From assembly GCA_963774265.1 (NCBI GenBank), contig CAVZDU010000006.1:224001-288000 (forward strand): a DNA stretch of 64,000 nucleotides. Reading direction: 5' to 3'. Of the stretch, positions 9,994 through 19,932 are shown in pieces (within the stretch, counting starts at the first letter, position 1; the number at the start of each line of letters is the position of its first letter). A program made the translations under genes and the position numbers. Below the pieces are notes generated by a model. It did no database searches and was not told where the DNA came from. It saw only the letters and a list, made by a program, of their open reading frames with translations. The stretch is from an uncultured Chloroflexia bacterium (GTDB taxonomy: Bacteria > Chloroflexota > Anaerolineae > CG2-30-64-16).

Positions 9994-10941
9994 TCAATCA
10001 CGACTGTCTGCGACGTCGTTGTGCTTGTTCCGCACTTCCGGATGTCCACCGGCGAGCAGCGCACCGTGAGCAACTTGCATGGAGATGAATTGCAGAAACT
10101 CCTGCGCACCATACTTTGAATCAAAAGATCCCTGTACTCTGTCTCCGTTCGAAAACTCGATCTGAACCTCGTACTTCCGAAACTCGCCTGAGCCTTCGTA
10201 AATGCTGTGCTGATCGAGAAAGCGCAGGGCGGCCTCGATTGTCGCAAACTGGGAGCTGCGTCCGTACAGCGGAACAACGAGCACACGATCAACATTCCGA
10301 CCAAGCCGGTGATTGAGCGCTGCAAAGAAGTGGTTGATCTGCTCCTGGTTCGCCAGAATAAGTCGCTCCTTGATGCTATCCACCACACTCTCTGGTGCAC
10401 TTTCGATGTAGTCCGCGGACGCCCGAAACGCCTCATCAGGAGTGTCTTCATCGAAATGGATGTCGATCCCCTCCGCCTCGAAGGCAGTCACGAAGGTCTC
10501 GTATGGGAAATAGAGGACGTGAAACCCAAGCGATCGGAGCTGCTCTATCGAACCCTCAGTGAAGACTCCTGCCAGTACTGTGCCGATAAAAGGATTATTC
10601 CATCGATATTTCTCGGCCAGCGGGAGAATGGCTCCCTGGATCTCCTGTGCCTTGTTCCGCGAGTGCTTGGTGTAGCGTCTCCAGGCCACCTCGATGAACG
10701 CAACCGGCTGTCCCACGACCTCATCAGAGCCATCTCGTTCGATGACGAAATCGAGGTCGTGCGTATTACCGTAGTGATCTTGCCATGCAACCTTGCGCCC
10801 ACGACGGGCCGAACGATCTCGACCTTGGTGATCGAGATAAAGCCCGTGCTGCTGGCAGAATGCTTCGAGCTGCGGCCTGACCACTGACTCCAGAAGCCCA
10901 CCGATGACCTGTCCGAACTTGTGCGCCGGTGACTCAGCCAT
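9994..10941 (-). CDS. Putative Type II restriction endonuclease (PD-(D/E)xK-like)
   Basis: HDLDFVIE...FIEVAW acidic motif; lies 2 nt downstream of a DNA MTase; less GC-rich than the flanks. Confidence 0.6.
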   Translation of the reverse strand: MAESPAHKFGQVIGGLLESVVRPQLEAFCQQHGLYLDHQGRDRSARRGRKVAWQDHYGNTHDLDFVIERDGSDEVVGQPVAFIEVAWRRYTKHSRNKAQEIQGAILPLAEKYRWNNPFIGTVLAGVFTEGSIEQLRSLGFHVLYFPYETFVTAFEAEGIDIHFDEDTPDEAFRASADYIESAPESVVDSIKERLILANQEQINHFFAALNHRLGRNVDRVLVVPLYGRSSQFATIEAALRFLDQHSIYEGSGEFRKYEVQIEFSNGDRVQGSFDSKYGAQEFLQFISMQVAHGALLAGGHPEVRNKHNDVADSRD

Positions 10942-10943
10942 GC

Positions 10944-12287
10944 CTATCCTTCAATCCATAGAAGTCCCTCTTTTAGCGGGACCCGATGTTTGCGATTCTT
11001 CCATTTGATATTCCGGTCGCGCAGTTTCTCAAAGCGATAGCCCCCAAATCCGGCAGCCAGAGCCAGTTCGCCGATCCATCTTTCTATGGGCGCGTAGACC
11101 CCATAAGGCGCCGAGTCGCCGATGACCCAACACATGTGGGACCCTGGTCGGCACACTCCGCGGAGTTGTCGCAGCACTTGGGCGATATCGCGACAGTACG
11201 CCGCGACCATCGTGTGATAGTGCTTCTTTCCTCCGTGTTCTTCCCGAACGGATGCCAATTCAGCGGCGACACAAGCCAACTCCGCTCGAATGGGTGCAAC
11301 TTCGTCCACGTTGAGGAGATCATCAAGCACAAATCGCTCACACGACGAGTGCTGCGATGACGAGACAATCAGGTATTTCCTGACCTTGTCGTGTATATCA
11401 CCCCAGCCTGTCACTTCGCCCCAGAAGGTCATTTCGAACCGCAGCGCGTCGGCGTAGTCGTAGTTATTCGCATAGGGCGGCGAAGTTATGACAGCATCCA
11501 CCTGCTGGGTCACAAAGTCACTCAGGCTTCTTGCATCACCCCAAAACAACTCCGCCATCGGACTGCTGGCGCGTGCCTGCATCAATCGCATATCCGCCTT
11601 CATCATTTCCAACTGCTGCTGAAAGGCAAGCTGAGGAGCGACGATTTTGCTCTTGGTCTTGTTTGGGAGGATATACTGCCATTGAGCAGTCCCCGCCCTG
11701 GAGGTTGGACGCAGGATTGCAGTGATTGCCAACCAAACAAGTTCGGCTTCTGGCGAGTTGTCATTCAGGGCGAACCAGGCAGACTTGAGACCATCAAGCA
11801 CAGCCAGCGTGTCCGCGTCGAAACTTCTTTGAACGAGCAAAGGGTATGCTGAGGATTCGCACTCCACAATCCGGGCCCGCTTGGTGATCTCATTCGCAAA
11901 ACGAACGAATCGATCAACCGGGGTGTTCCAGGATAGCTTCGTCTTGCAGATGCGCGCAACCATCGAATGGGCCTCGACGCCTACGCTTCTGATGCCACGG
12001 CCGTCGCACACTACCGGCACCGTGCCCGATCCGGCGAAAGGATCGAGGACCACCTGTCCTGGCCTGACGCGCCAATCATCCAGCACCTGCCCGACCCATT
12101 CGGCCGCGAACCCCGCAGAGTAACGAAACCACCGGTGGACAGGCAACGCCATGTTGTCCACAAAGGTGCCTGATCTGGCGGCTTTCAGATCTAGCGCTTC
12201 GGGAGTAGCAATTGATGGTTCATTGAAGAATGAAAGCTGCAAGTGCAAATCCTCTTGTCCGATGAACAGATCACGGCAGCAGTGCAA
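10944..12287 (-). CDS. Amino-DNA methyltransferase, alpha-class, probably N4-cytosine
   Basis: Motif I LDPFAGSGT precedes motif IV ITSPPY. Start codon uncertain. Confidence 0.88.
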   Translation of the reverse strand: MHCCRDLFIGQEDLHLQLSFFNEPSIATPEALDLKAARSGTFVDNMALPVHRWFRYSAGFAAEWVGQVLDDWRVRPGQVVLDPFAGSGTVPVVCDGRGIRSVGVEAHSMVARICKTKLSWNTPVDRFVRFANEITKRARIVECESSAYPLLVQRSFDADTLAVLDGLKSAWFALNDNSPEAELVWLAITAILRPTSRAGTAQWQYILPNKTKSKIVAPQLAFQQQLEMMKADMRLMQARASSPMAELFWGDARSLSDFVTQQVDAVITSPPYANNYDYADALRFEMTFWGEVTGWGDIHDKVRKYLIVSSSQHSSCERFVLDDLLNVDEVAPIRAELACVAAELASVREEHGGKKHYHTMVAAYCRDIAQVLRQLRGVCRPGSHMCWVIGDSAPYGVYAPIERWIGELALAAGFGGYRFEKLRDRNIKWKNRKHRVPLKEGLLWIEG

Positions 12288-12511
12288 TCATGATGATGAT
12301 ACCACAGGTAGTCGCGGGGGAGTAGTCTTTTCGGGTTGAAGGTGGTGTATCCCTTCGGTGGAAATGTGCGGTGGAGCGTGAATCTGGTAAGGTACAGGCT
12401 GTAGCACTGCCACCTTAAGACCTTGGGGCTGCGCACGCTTTGCGAATGGCTGTACCAACTGCAAGACCTGATACCCGGTGCGGTACAATATCACCACGCG
12501 AGGAGCCGAAA

Positions 12512-14347
12512 ATGAGCGACCCCATCATCACCGAAGCAGCCGTCCGCAGCCTGACCACACCGGAGAGCTTCAGCCGCGGAGAGGAGTACTACCGTTCCGG
12601 CCGCGTAAGCGACATCGAGCGCCGGGGCAACGTACTGCGCGCTGAAGTCGAGGGCAGCAGCTACGAGCCGTACCAGGTGACGATCGAGCTGGACGACAGC
12701 GGCATCGTCACCGCCGATTGCTCCTGTCCCTACGATTGGGGCGGCTGCTGCAAGCACATCGTGGCGGTGCTGCTCACCCACATCCGCAATCGAGAGGAGA
12801 TCGCCGAGCGGCCGCCCCCTGATGCACTACTAGCCGGCCTGGACGCGGAGACGCTCCGCGGCCTGCTGAGCAGCCTGCTCGCCGTGCGCGGCGAGCTCAT
12901 CCCCTGGGTCGAGACACAAATTGCGCTTCGGACCGCAAGAAGCCAGCCCGCCGCGCCGTCCCCAGCCCAGGCGCCAGCCAAACCGCCTCGGTCGCCCGTA
13001 GACACGAACGCCATCCGACGTCAAGTGCGCTACCAGATGCGTGGCAGCGACGACTACTATGCGGGTGGGGCGGTGAGCGGCCTGAACAACATCCTGGCGC
13101 AGGCGGTCCAGGCGTTGGACGCGAATGACGGGGAGAACGCCCTGGCCATCACAGCCACCATCGCCGAGGAGACCATCCCCGGCTGGGAGGAATACGACTC
13201 CGACGGCGAGTTTGGCGAGTGGTTCAGCCGGTTGGGCGCGGTCATCGCCGAGGCGCTGCTGACCGCGGACCTGCCACCCGCGGTGCGCAAGGCGTGGACG
13301 CCACGCCTGGAGAAGTGGCAGGCCGAGCTGGACGACTACGGCGTGGATGATGCCTTCGACGCGGCGCTGTGCGCAGCCGAGTATGGCTGGGACTACGCGC
13401 CGCTGCAGCGTGCCGCGCAAGGTGAGGCTCTGCCCGACGAGGTGTCCGACGATGCGCTCGGTGAAGAGGAGATCGAGGACGAGATCGATGAAGAAGGCGA
13501 TGACGAGGAGCCGTGGTTCGCAGACGAGCTGACGGAGGCGTGGCTCAACGTGCTCGAACGCCAGGGCCGGACGGCTGAATTCCTCAACCTCGCGCGTGCT
13601 AAAGGGCGGATCTCGCGCTATCTGACCGTGCTGGTGAAGGCCAACCGGGTGCAGGAGGCCATTGATTACGGCCTGAACCGGTCCCTGACCCCGTCCGACG
13701 CGTTGGCACTGGCGAAGGTGTTGCGGGAACACGGCGAACATCGCGCCGCCGTGCGCGTTGCCGAGCACTGCCTGGAACGAGGAGGACCGCAGGCCCACGA
13801 GCTGGCCGTCTGGCTGCGACAGGCCGCGACCGCATTGGGCGATGCATCGCTGGCGTTCCGGGCCGCGCGCCGCGCGTTCAGGGAGTCTACCGACCTGGCG
13901 GATTACCTGGCGGTGCAGGCGGCCGCAGGCGAAGGCTGGGCGGCGCTGCGAGCGGGACTGCTGCGAGAGCTCAGCGGGCGGACCTTCGCCTGGATCAGCG
14001 GACCGATCGACATCTACTTGCACGAAGGGCTGGTGGACGACGCGGTCAAACTGGTGGGTAGCCAGTCCGACGTGGACTACGCCACCCTGGCCCGCGTGGC
14101 GGACGCGGCCGTCGCATCACATCCCGATTGGGTCATCCGCAAGTGCCGGCGGCAGGCCGAGTCGATCATGGATGCAGGCCAGTCGAAGTACTACGGTCAC
14201 GCTCTCGATTGGCTAGAGAAGGTCAAGCGTGCCCACCTGGCCGCCGGCCGCGCAAAAGAGTGGCGCGCATACTGCGAAGGTTTGATCACCAAGCACGGGC
14301 GGAAGTACAGGCTGGTCCCAGGACTAAGAGAGTTGATAAGGGAATAA
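12512..14347 (+). CDS. SWIM zinc-finger protein with helical-repeat C-terminus
   Basis: CSCP..CCKH SWIM motif; GAGGAG RBS; acidic tract EEEIEDEIDEEGDDEE. Confidence 0.88.
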   Translation: MSDPIITEAAVRSLTTPESFSRGEEYYRSGRVSDIERRGNVLRAEVEGSSYEPYQVTIELDDSGIVTADCSCPYDWGGCCKHIVAVLLTHIRNREEIAERPPPDALLAGLDAETLRGLLSSLLAVRGELIPWVETQIALRTARSQPAAPSPAQAPAKPPRSPVDTNAIRRQVRYQMRGSDDYYAGGAVSGLNNILAQAVQALDANDGENALAITATIAEETIPGWEEYDSDGEFGEWFSRLGAVIAEALLTADLPPAVRKAWTPRLEKWQAELDDYGVDDAFDAALCAAEYGWDYAPLQRAAQGEALPDEVSDDALGEEEIEDEIDEEGDDEEPWFADELTEAWLNVLERQGRTAEFLNLARAKGRISRYLTVLVKANRVQEAIDYGLNRSLTPSDALALAKVLREHGEHRAAVRVAEHCLERGGPQAHELAVWLRQAATALGDASLAFRAARRAFRESTDLADYLAVQAAAGEGWAALRAGLLRELSGRTFAWISGPIDIYLHEGLVDDAVKLVGSQSDVDYATLARVADAAVASHPDWVIRKCRRQAESIMDAGQSKYYGHALDWLEKVKRAHLAAGRAKEWRAYCEGLITKHGRKYRLVPGLRELIRE

Positions 14348-14483
14348 TAAGCGCGCAAAATGTGAGGCGCGCACTTCTCGATGCATGGCTGCGACAGCGT
14401 AAGCCCAGGCGATGCTACCTTTGCGGTATCGCGCCTGCACGTGCATTCATGGCTTCGCCCCTGCGATAGCCTCATTCTGCTCT

Positions 14484-16851
14484 TCAGAACGCGGCGTGCT
14501 CTGTCCTCGCGATGATCTCGTCCTGCAACGCCACGCTCAGGTCGCAGAAGTAGTCGCTGTAGCCGGCCACGCGCACGATCAGGTCGCGGTGTTGCTCGGG
14601 ATGGGCCTGTGCGGCGCGCAGGGTCTCGACGTCCACGACGTTGAACTGGATGTGGTGGCCGTCCAGCCGGAAGTAGCTGCGGATGAGCTGCGTCAGCTTG
14701 TCCAGCCCCTCGTCGTTCGCCAGCAGTTGCGGCGTGAACTTCTGGTTGAGCAGCGTGCCGCCGGTGCGGACGTGATCCATCTTCGCGGCGGATTTGATGA
14801 CCGCGGTGGGGCCGTGGCGGTCGGCGCCCTGCACGGGGGAGATGCCTTCGGAGAGCGGCGTGTGTGCCCGGCGGCCGTCCGGCGTCGCGCCGATCACCGA
14901 GCCGAAGTAGACGTGGCAGGTGGTCGGCAGCATGTTCAGGTGATACGTGCCCCCGCGGGTGTTCTTCCGGCCGTCGATCAGGTCGAAGAACGCGTTGAAG
15001 ACAGCGCACCATGATGCGCGTCGGCCGCGTCGTCGTCGTTGCCGTAGCGCGGGGTGCGGTTGAGCAGTAGCTGGCGCTCCCGCTCGTAGCCGGCGAAGTC
15101 AGCGTCGAGCGCTGCCAGCAAATCCGCCATCGTCAGGTCTTGCCGCTCGAAGACGTGGTGCTTGATCGCGGACAGCGCGTCGGTGATCGTGCCGATGCCG
15201 ACACCCTGGATGTAGGTGGTGTCGTAGCGCGGGCCGCCATCGTGGTAGTCGCGGCCTTTCGCAATGCAGTCGTCGATCAACGTGGACAGGAACGGCGCGG
15301 GCATGTAGGTCGCGTACAGCCGCTCGATGACGCTGTTCCCGCGCACCTTGATCTCGACGAAGTAGCGCATCTGCGCCAGGAACGCGGCGAAAAGGTCCTC
15401 GAACGTGACGAAGGACGTCGCGATCGCCGGTCCGCGGGCCAAGCTGCCGGCCCGTCCGCGGGTCAACTCCGTCGTGCAAAGCCAGTTCCAGCATCTTCGG
15501 GATGTTGAAGTAGCCGGCGAGGATGTACGCCTCCTTGCCGAACGCGCCCACCTCGACGCAGCCGCTGGAGCCGCCGTCCCGCGCATCCTCCACGCACTTG
15601 CCCATCCGCACCAGTTCCTGCACGATCAGGTCCGCGTTGAAGACCGACGGCTGGCCGAATCCGGTGCGGATAATCTTACCCGCGCGCTTGATGAACCGGT
15701 CGGGGTTCTTGCGGCTGACCTGGATGGACGAGCTCGGCTGGAGCAGCCGCATGTCTTCGATCACGTCGAGCATCAGGTAGGTCACATCGTTGACGCCGTC
15801 CGAGCCATCCGCCATGATGCCGCCCGCGTTGATCTGCGCGAAGTCGGTGTAGGTGCCGCTCTCGGCCGCAGTCACGCCCACCTTGGGCGGCGCGGGCTGG
15901 TTGTTGAACTTGATCCAGAAGCACTGGAGCAGCTCTTCGGCCGCGTCATGCGTCAGCGTCCCGTCAGCCAGCCCCTGCCGGTAGAACGGGACCAGATGCC
16001 GGTCGAGGTGGCCGGGGCAGAACGCGTCCCAGGTGTTCAGCTCGGTGGTGACGCCCAGGTGGACGAACCAGTAGGCCTGCAGCGCCTCCCAGAAATCGCG
16101 CGGCGCGTGCGCGGGCACGCGGGTGCACACCTCGGCGATGCGCTCCAGCTCGGCCTGGCGCGCCGGAGTCAGCCTCGCCCGCGGCCAATTCGCGCGCCTT
16201 CTCCGCGTGCCGCTCCGCGAAGCGGATCACCGCGTCCGCGGCGATGCGCATGGCCTTGAGCTCCTCGCCCCTGGCGTACGCGTCGCGGTCGGCCGCGTAG
16301 TCGAGCCTTGCCAGACTGGCGTCGATGTCAGCCTGGAAGTCGCGAAGGCCGCGGCGGTAGATCTTGTCGTCCAGCACGGTGTGGCCCGGCGCGCGCTGCT
16401 CCATGAACTCGGTGAAGATGCCGGCCTCGTACGCGGCGATCCACTCGTCGGTCATCTCCGCAAAGAGCCGCTCGCGCATGGTCTTGCCCTGCCAGAACGG
16501 GATGATCTGCTTCTCGTAGACCTGCCGCGTTTCGGGGCTGACCTTGAACGGGATCTTCTCGCGCGAATCCAGGATGTCCAGGTCGCTGAGGGTGTGGCAG
16601 CACAGCTCCGGATAGGTGGGCGTGGCCTTGGGCGCCGGGCCCTTCTCGCCGACGATCAGCTCGCCGTCGCCGATGGTGATCGTCCGATGCTCGATCACGT
16701 GACGTAACGCCAGGGCTCGGCGCATGGGCGCGGAGAGCAGACCATCGTGCAGGCGGTACGCTTCAGTCATCAGGACCGCGCGCTCGGCCGAGATGGTGGG
16801 GATCGCGTCCAGGCTCTGCTGGCGTAGTGCGGCAACACGCGGGGTGATCAT
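14484..16851 (-). CDS. hypD: Glycyl radical enzyme, trans-4-hydroxy-L-proline dehydratase-like (split by at least 3 frameshifts)
   Basis: RAPGHT, ELNTWDAF, ESGTYTDF, SGCVE, MLPTTCHVYFG and RVAGYS lie in successive frames. Shifts near 16170, 15420 and 15010. Confidence 0.85.
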
Positions 16852-16878
16852 TCGCAACTTCTCCTCATGAGCAACATC

Positions 16879-17490
16879 TCAGATTTCGACACCGTCCCAT
16901 TCGACACAGCGCAGGCCATCCGGCCCCGGTTCCGCAACAAGGCACGTGGTATTGACGAACCCGTGTTTCGCCATCAGCTCATTGTCTACGTTCGTCAGCA
17001 CCAGCGGCAGCATCATCCAGAGAACGCCGCCGTGCGCCACACAAAGGAGGTTCGCATCGGTGTCGCCGTATTGGGTCACAAGGCCCTCCACAAACGGCAC
17101 GAAGCGGTCCCGAATGTCCAAGAAGCTTTCGCCGCCCTCGATGCGCCGCTCCCACCGTTTGTGAATCACCCAATCGTCAAACAGCGCCTGCCACATCTGC
17201 CAGCCGACCTCATCGGCCCTGCCTTCGGCGATGCCGCAGTCATATTCAGCCAGGCCGTCCACTACCTCGTAATCCACACCCAGCCGGTTGGCGATGATGA
17301 TGCTGGTTTCGATGGCGCGCAGCATGGGGCTGGAGTAGATTCGCGTGAGGGCGCGATCCTGAAGCTTATCGGCCAACGCTGCTGCCTGCTCTCGGCCCCT
17401 GTGCGTCAGGGGATGCGTCAGCCCGCGATTGGAAATCTGGCGAAGCACGTTGGCATGGCTTTCTCCATGCCGGGTGAAATAGATCCTCAA
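16879..17490 (-). CDS. Histidine phosphatase family protein
   Basis: RHGES motif, SSPMLRA, AHGG. Confidence 0.88.
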   Translation of the reverse strand: MRIYFTRHGESHANVLRQISNRGLTHPLTHRGREQAAALADKLQDRALTRIYSSPMLRAIETSIIIANRLGVDYEVVDGLAEYDCGIAEGRADEVGWQMWQALFDDWVIHKRWERRIEGGESFLDIRDRFVPFVEGLVTQYGDTDANLLCVAHGGVLWMMLPLVLTNVDNELMAKHGFVNTTCLVAEPGPDGLRCVEWDGVEI

Positions 17491-17501
17491 GGTAATCGTC
17501 C

Positions 17502-18389
17502 CTATTCTACATATTCTCGCACGATGTCCGCAAGCTGCGCCATCCGTGCTTCGGACAATGGACGGGCGCCGGCCAACGCGTACGGCCGGTTCATCCGCGC
17601 GTATTTGTCCGCAGCGGTCGCGTGATACGGCAGCAGATCAATTCCCTCCACCCGCGGGAGCGACGCGGCAAACGCGGCGATCTGCAGGATGCTTGCATCA
17701 TCGTCGTTGACGCCAGGGATCACCGGCACCCGGATGCGGATCGCATGGCCGTGTTCCGACAGCGCCCGCAGGTTCGCGAGGATCGGGCCGACCGGCGCGC
17801 CGGTGACCTCGCGGTGCCGCGCGTCGTCCATCTGCTTCAGGTCGTACAGAAAAAGGTCGACATACCGCCGAACCTGGTCCAGCGCACCCCACGATGCGAA
17901 GCCACAGGTGTCCAGCGCAGTGTGAATCTCCCGCGCCTTGCACGCCCGCAGCAGCGACAGGGTGAACTCCCGCTGCGCCAGCGGCTCCCCGCCCGTCAGG
18001 GTGACGCCGCCGCCGGACTCGTCGTAGAACGCGACATCGCGCAGGATCTCGGCCAGGACCGCGTCGACCGTCACCTCGCGACCGATGCGCTCTCGCGCAT
18101 CAGCAAAGCAAGCTGCCGCGCACACCCCGCACCGCTCGCACCGGTCCCAGTCGGTGACAGGGCGATCCCCGACCCACGTGATCGCGTCCTCGGGGCACGC
18201 CTCGACGCACGCGCCGCAGCGGATGCAGCGGCTTTCGCGCACGATCATCTCCGGCTCGAGCGACTGACTTTCGGGGTTGTGGCACCAGGCGCAGCGCAGG
18301 GGGCATCCTTTCAGGAAGACCGCGGTGCGGATGCCGGGGCCGTCGTGAATGGAGTATTTGCGAATGTCGAAGATCGTTCCAGTGATCAT
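17502..18389 (-). CDS. Glycyl-radical enzyme activating enzyme with ferredoxin insert
   Basis: HDGPGIRT, CPLRCAWCHNPE, two CxxCxxCxxxC motifs, GGEP. Confidence 0.93.
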   Translation of the reverse strand: MITGTIFDIRKYSIHDGPGIRTAVFLKGCPLRCAWCHNPESQSLEPEMIVRESRCIRCGACVEACPEDAITWVGDRPVTDWDRCERCGVCAAACFADARERIGREVTVDAVLAEILRDVAFYDESGGGVTLTGGEPLAQREFTLSLLRACKAREIHTALDTCGFASWGALDQVRRYVDLFLYDLKQMDDARHREVTGAPVGPILANLRALSEHGHAIRIRVPVIPGVNDDDASILQIAAFAASLPRVEGIDLLPYHATAADKYARMNRPYALAGARPLSEARMAQLADIVREYVE

Positions 18390-18474
18390 GCCCCTCGTTC
18401 CCTCGCACTTGCTGGTCCGGCATTGTAGCACAGTTCACCGGATCGCGGAATTGCGTCACAATCTTTTTTGACAC

Positions 18475-18503
18475 TTGACATGCCCCTTAGCCGGATATAG
18501 ACT
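18475..18503 (+). promoter_or_regulatory. Sigma70-type promoter of the EAD operon
   Basis: TTGACA-N17-TAGACT, with a second TTGACA at 18468. Confidence 0.7.
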
Positions 18504-18638
18504 ATAGCTACATTGGCCCGGTTGGGCCCAGTCAGGAACGCCGCTATTGCAGTCTGCCGATCGGATTCGATGACCGTACCCTGGCGCCGGCGTAGGTGAT
18601 CCAGGCTGGTGGCAACCTATTGATGGAGGCGTGAACTA

Positions 18639-19262
18639 ATGCAACTCACTCCGCCTGAACTGAAATCCTTGACCGAAGTCTTGCTGAACTCCTTTCCCTC
18701 GCGCTCGGCGCTGGCCCAAATGGTCAGCTACCAGCTTGGCGCGAATCTCGACGACATTTCCAGTTCTGCCACAGACCCGTATGCCACCGTTTATGAGCTG
18801 GTCTGGTGGGCCGAAAAAACGGGAAATACCGCCGCACTCATCCGTGCGACGCAGCAGTGGACTCAAAGCTCCGAGATTTCTAAATTCGTGGACTCTCTCC
18901 CGCGGTCGACACGACAAGATGAGAAGACCATTCCGGCCTCATCACCCAGGCTGACCGCGCCCTTGCGCCGGGCTCTGGTTGATTCGCTGCTGCTGATCCC
19001 TGAGATCGAAAACTTCGAGGTTCGCAGTGCGCTCCTGATCGGCATCCCGTGGCGGTCCAGCCTGTCACGCGGTTTGGAGGATGTACGTTCCGACCTGGAG
19101 ACGATGGTTGACCAGTTGGGCTCTTTGGGACAGCTCAAGTCGGGTGCATGGCCGCTCCTGATCCTGGCCGATAATGCGCGGGCGTATGCCACGGGCACGG
19201 AGGCTGAAGTGCGGCTGGAAAAAGTCTACAAGCGGCTGCTGACCTTCTACCAGGCGAAGTAG
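18639..19262 (+). CDS. Adaptor: EAD1-like domain + second helical EAD (EAD2/EAD8-like)
   Basis: N-terminal L..SFPSRSALAQMV..L..I....V.ELV.WAE..G (EAD1-like). C-terminal domain is shared with the three downstream genes. GGAGG RBS. Confidence 0.75.
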   Translation: MQLTPPELKSLTEVLLNSFPSRSALAQMVSYQLGANLDDISSSATDPYATVYELVWWAEKTGNTAALIRATQQWTQSSEISKFVDSLPRSTRQDEKTIPASSPRLTAPLRRALVDSLLLIPEIENFEVRSALLIGIPWRSSLSRGLEDVRSDLETMVDQLGSLGQLKSGAWPLLILADNARAYATGTEAEVRLEKVYKRLLTFYQAK

Positions 19263-19291
19263 GTGCGTGTGGTTGCGGAGAGTGAAAACCC

Positions 19292-19912
19292 ATGGTCGAG
19301 CTTACTTTTCGAGAGGGTGTAAAGCTGCGGAGATCTCTGCGTTCCGCCTTCCGCTCTCGCTCGGCATTGGCGCAGGTGATCTTCGACCAGTTGCATGAGG
19401 ATCTGGGGCAGATCACCGGGAATGAGGACTATGGTGAAGTGCTGGTCAAGCTGATCGTGTGGGCGGAGGTCAACGGTCGCACTGCCGATCTCATCCGTGG
19501 TGCGCGCACAGGGAATCCTGGCGACGACTTGCTAAGCGAATTCGAGATCGAATACCAGGCGCGACGCCATAGCGCCGGTGGGGTTCCCGGGCTCCCGCCG
19601 CGTGTTCTCACTCAGCCACTGCGCCAACAACTCGTAGATGCGGTTCTACTGATTCCGGCATCCGACACCTATGACGGACGCTCGGCGTTCTTGCTGGGCC
19701 TGCCCGCACCGCCGAGCCGCAATCCTAACAACGCACGAGCCGACCTCGATACGATCTTCGCGCAACTCGATGGGCTGGGGCGGTTGGATTCGGGTCAATG
19801 GCCGCTGCTTCTGGTCATCGACAATATCTTGCCCTATCCCCAGGGTTATGCGGTTCACGGTGTCATCAGCAATGTCAAACAAGCCCTGGAACAGGCCTAC
19901 AGCGCCTGCTGA
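19292..19912 (+). CDS. Adaptor paralog: EAD1-like + second helical EAD
   Basis: SAFRSRSALAQV..KLIVWAEVNG..LIRGARTGNPG, then LVDAVLLIP..GRSAFL..RADL..LGRLDSGQWPLLLVIDN. Confidence 0.78.
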   Translation: MVELTFREGVKLRRSLRSAFRSRSALAQVIFDQLHEDLGQITGNEDYGEVLVKLIVWAEVNGRTADLIRGARTGNPGDDLLSEFEIEYQARRHSAGGVPGLPPRVLTQPLRQQLVDAVLLIPASDTYDGRSAFLLGLPAPPSRNPNNARADLDTIFAQLDGLGRLDSGQWPLLLVIDNILPYPQGYAVHGVISNVKQALEQAYSAC

Positions 19913-19932
19913 CACGCGCCCGGGAGCGTCCG

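Noticed and set aside
12512-14347. SWIM protein as part of the R-M defence unit
   Set aside because: It is divergently transcribed, has host-like GC and lacks a SNF2 partner here; adjacency is the only link.
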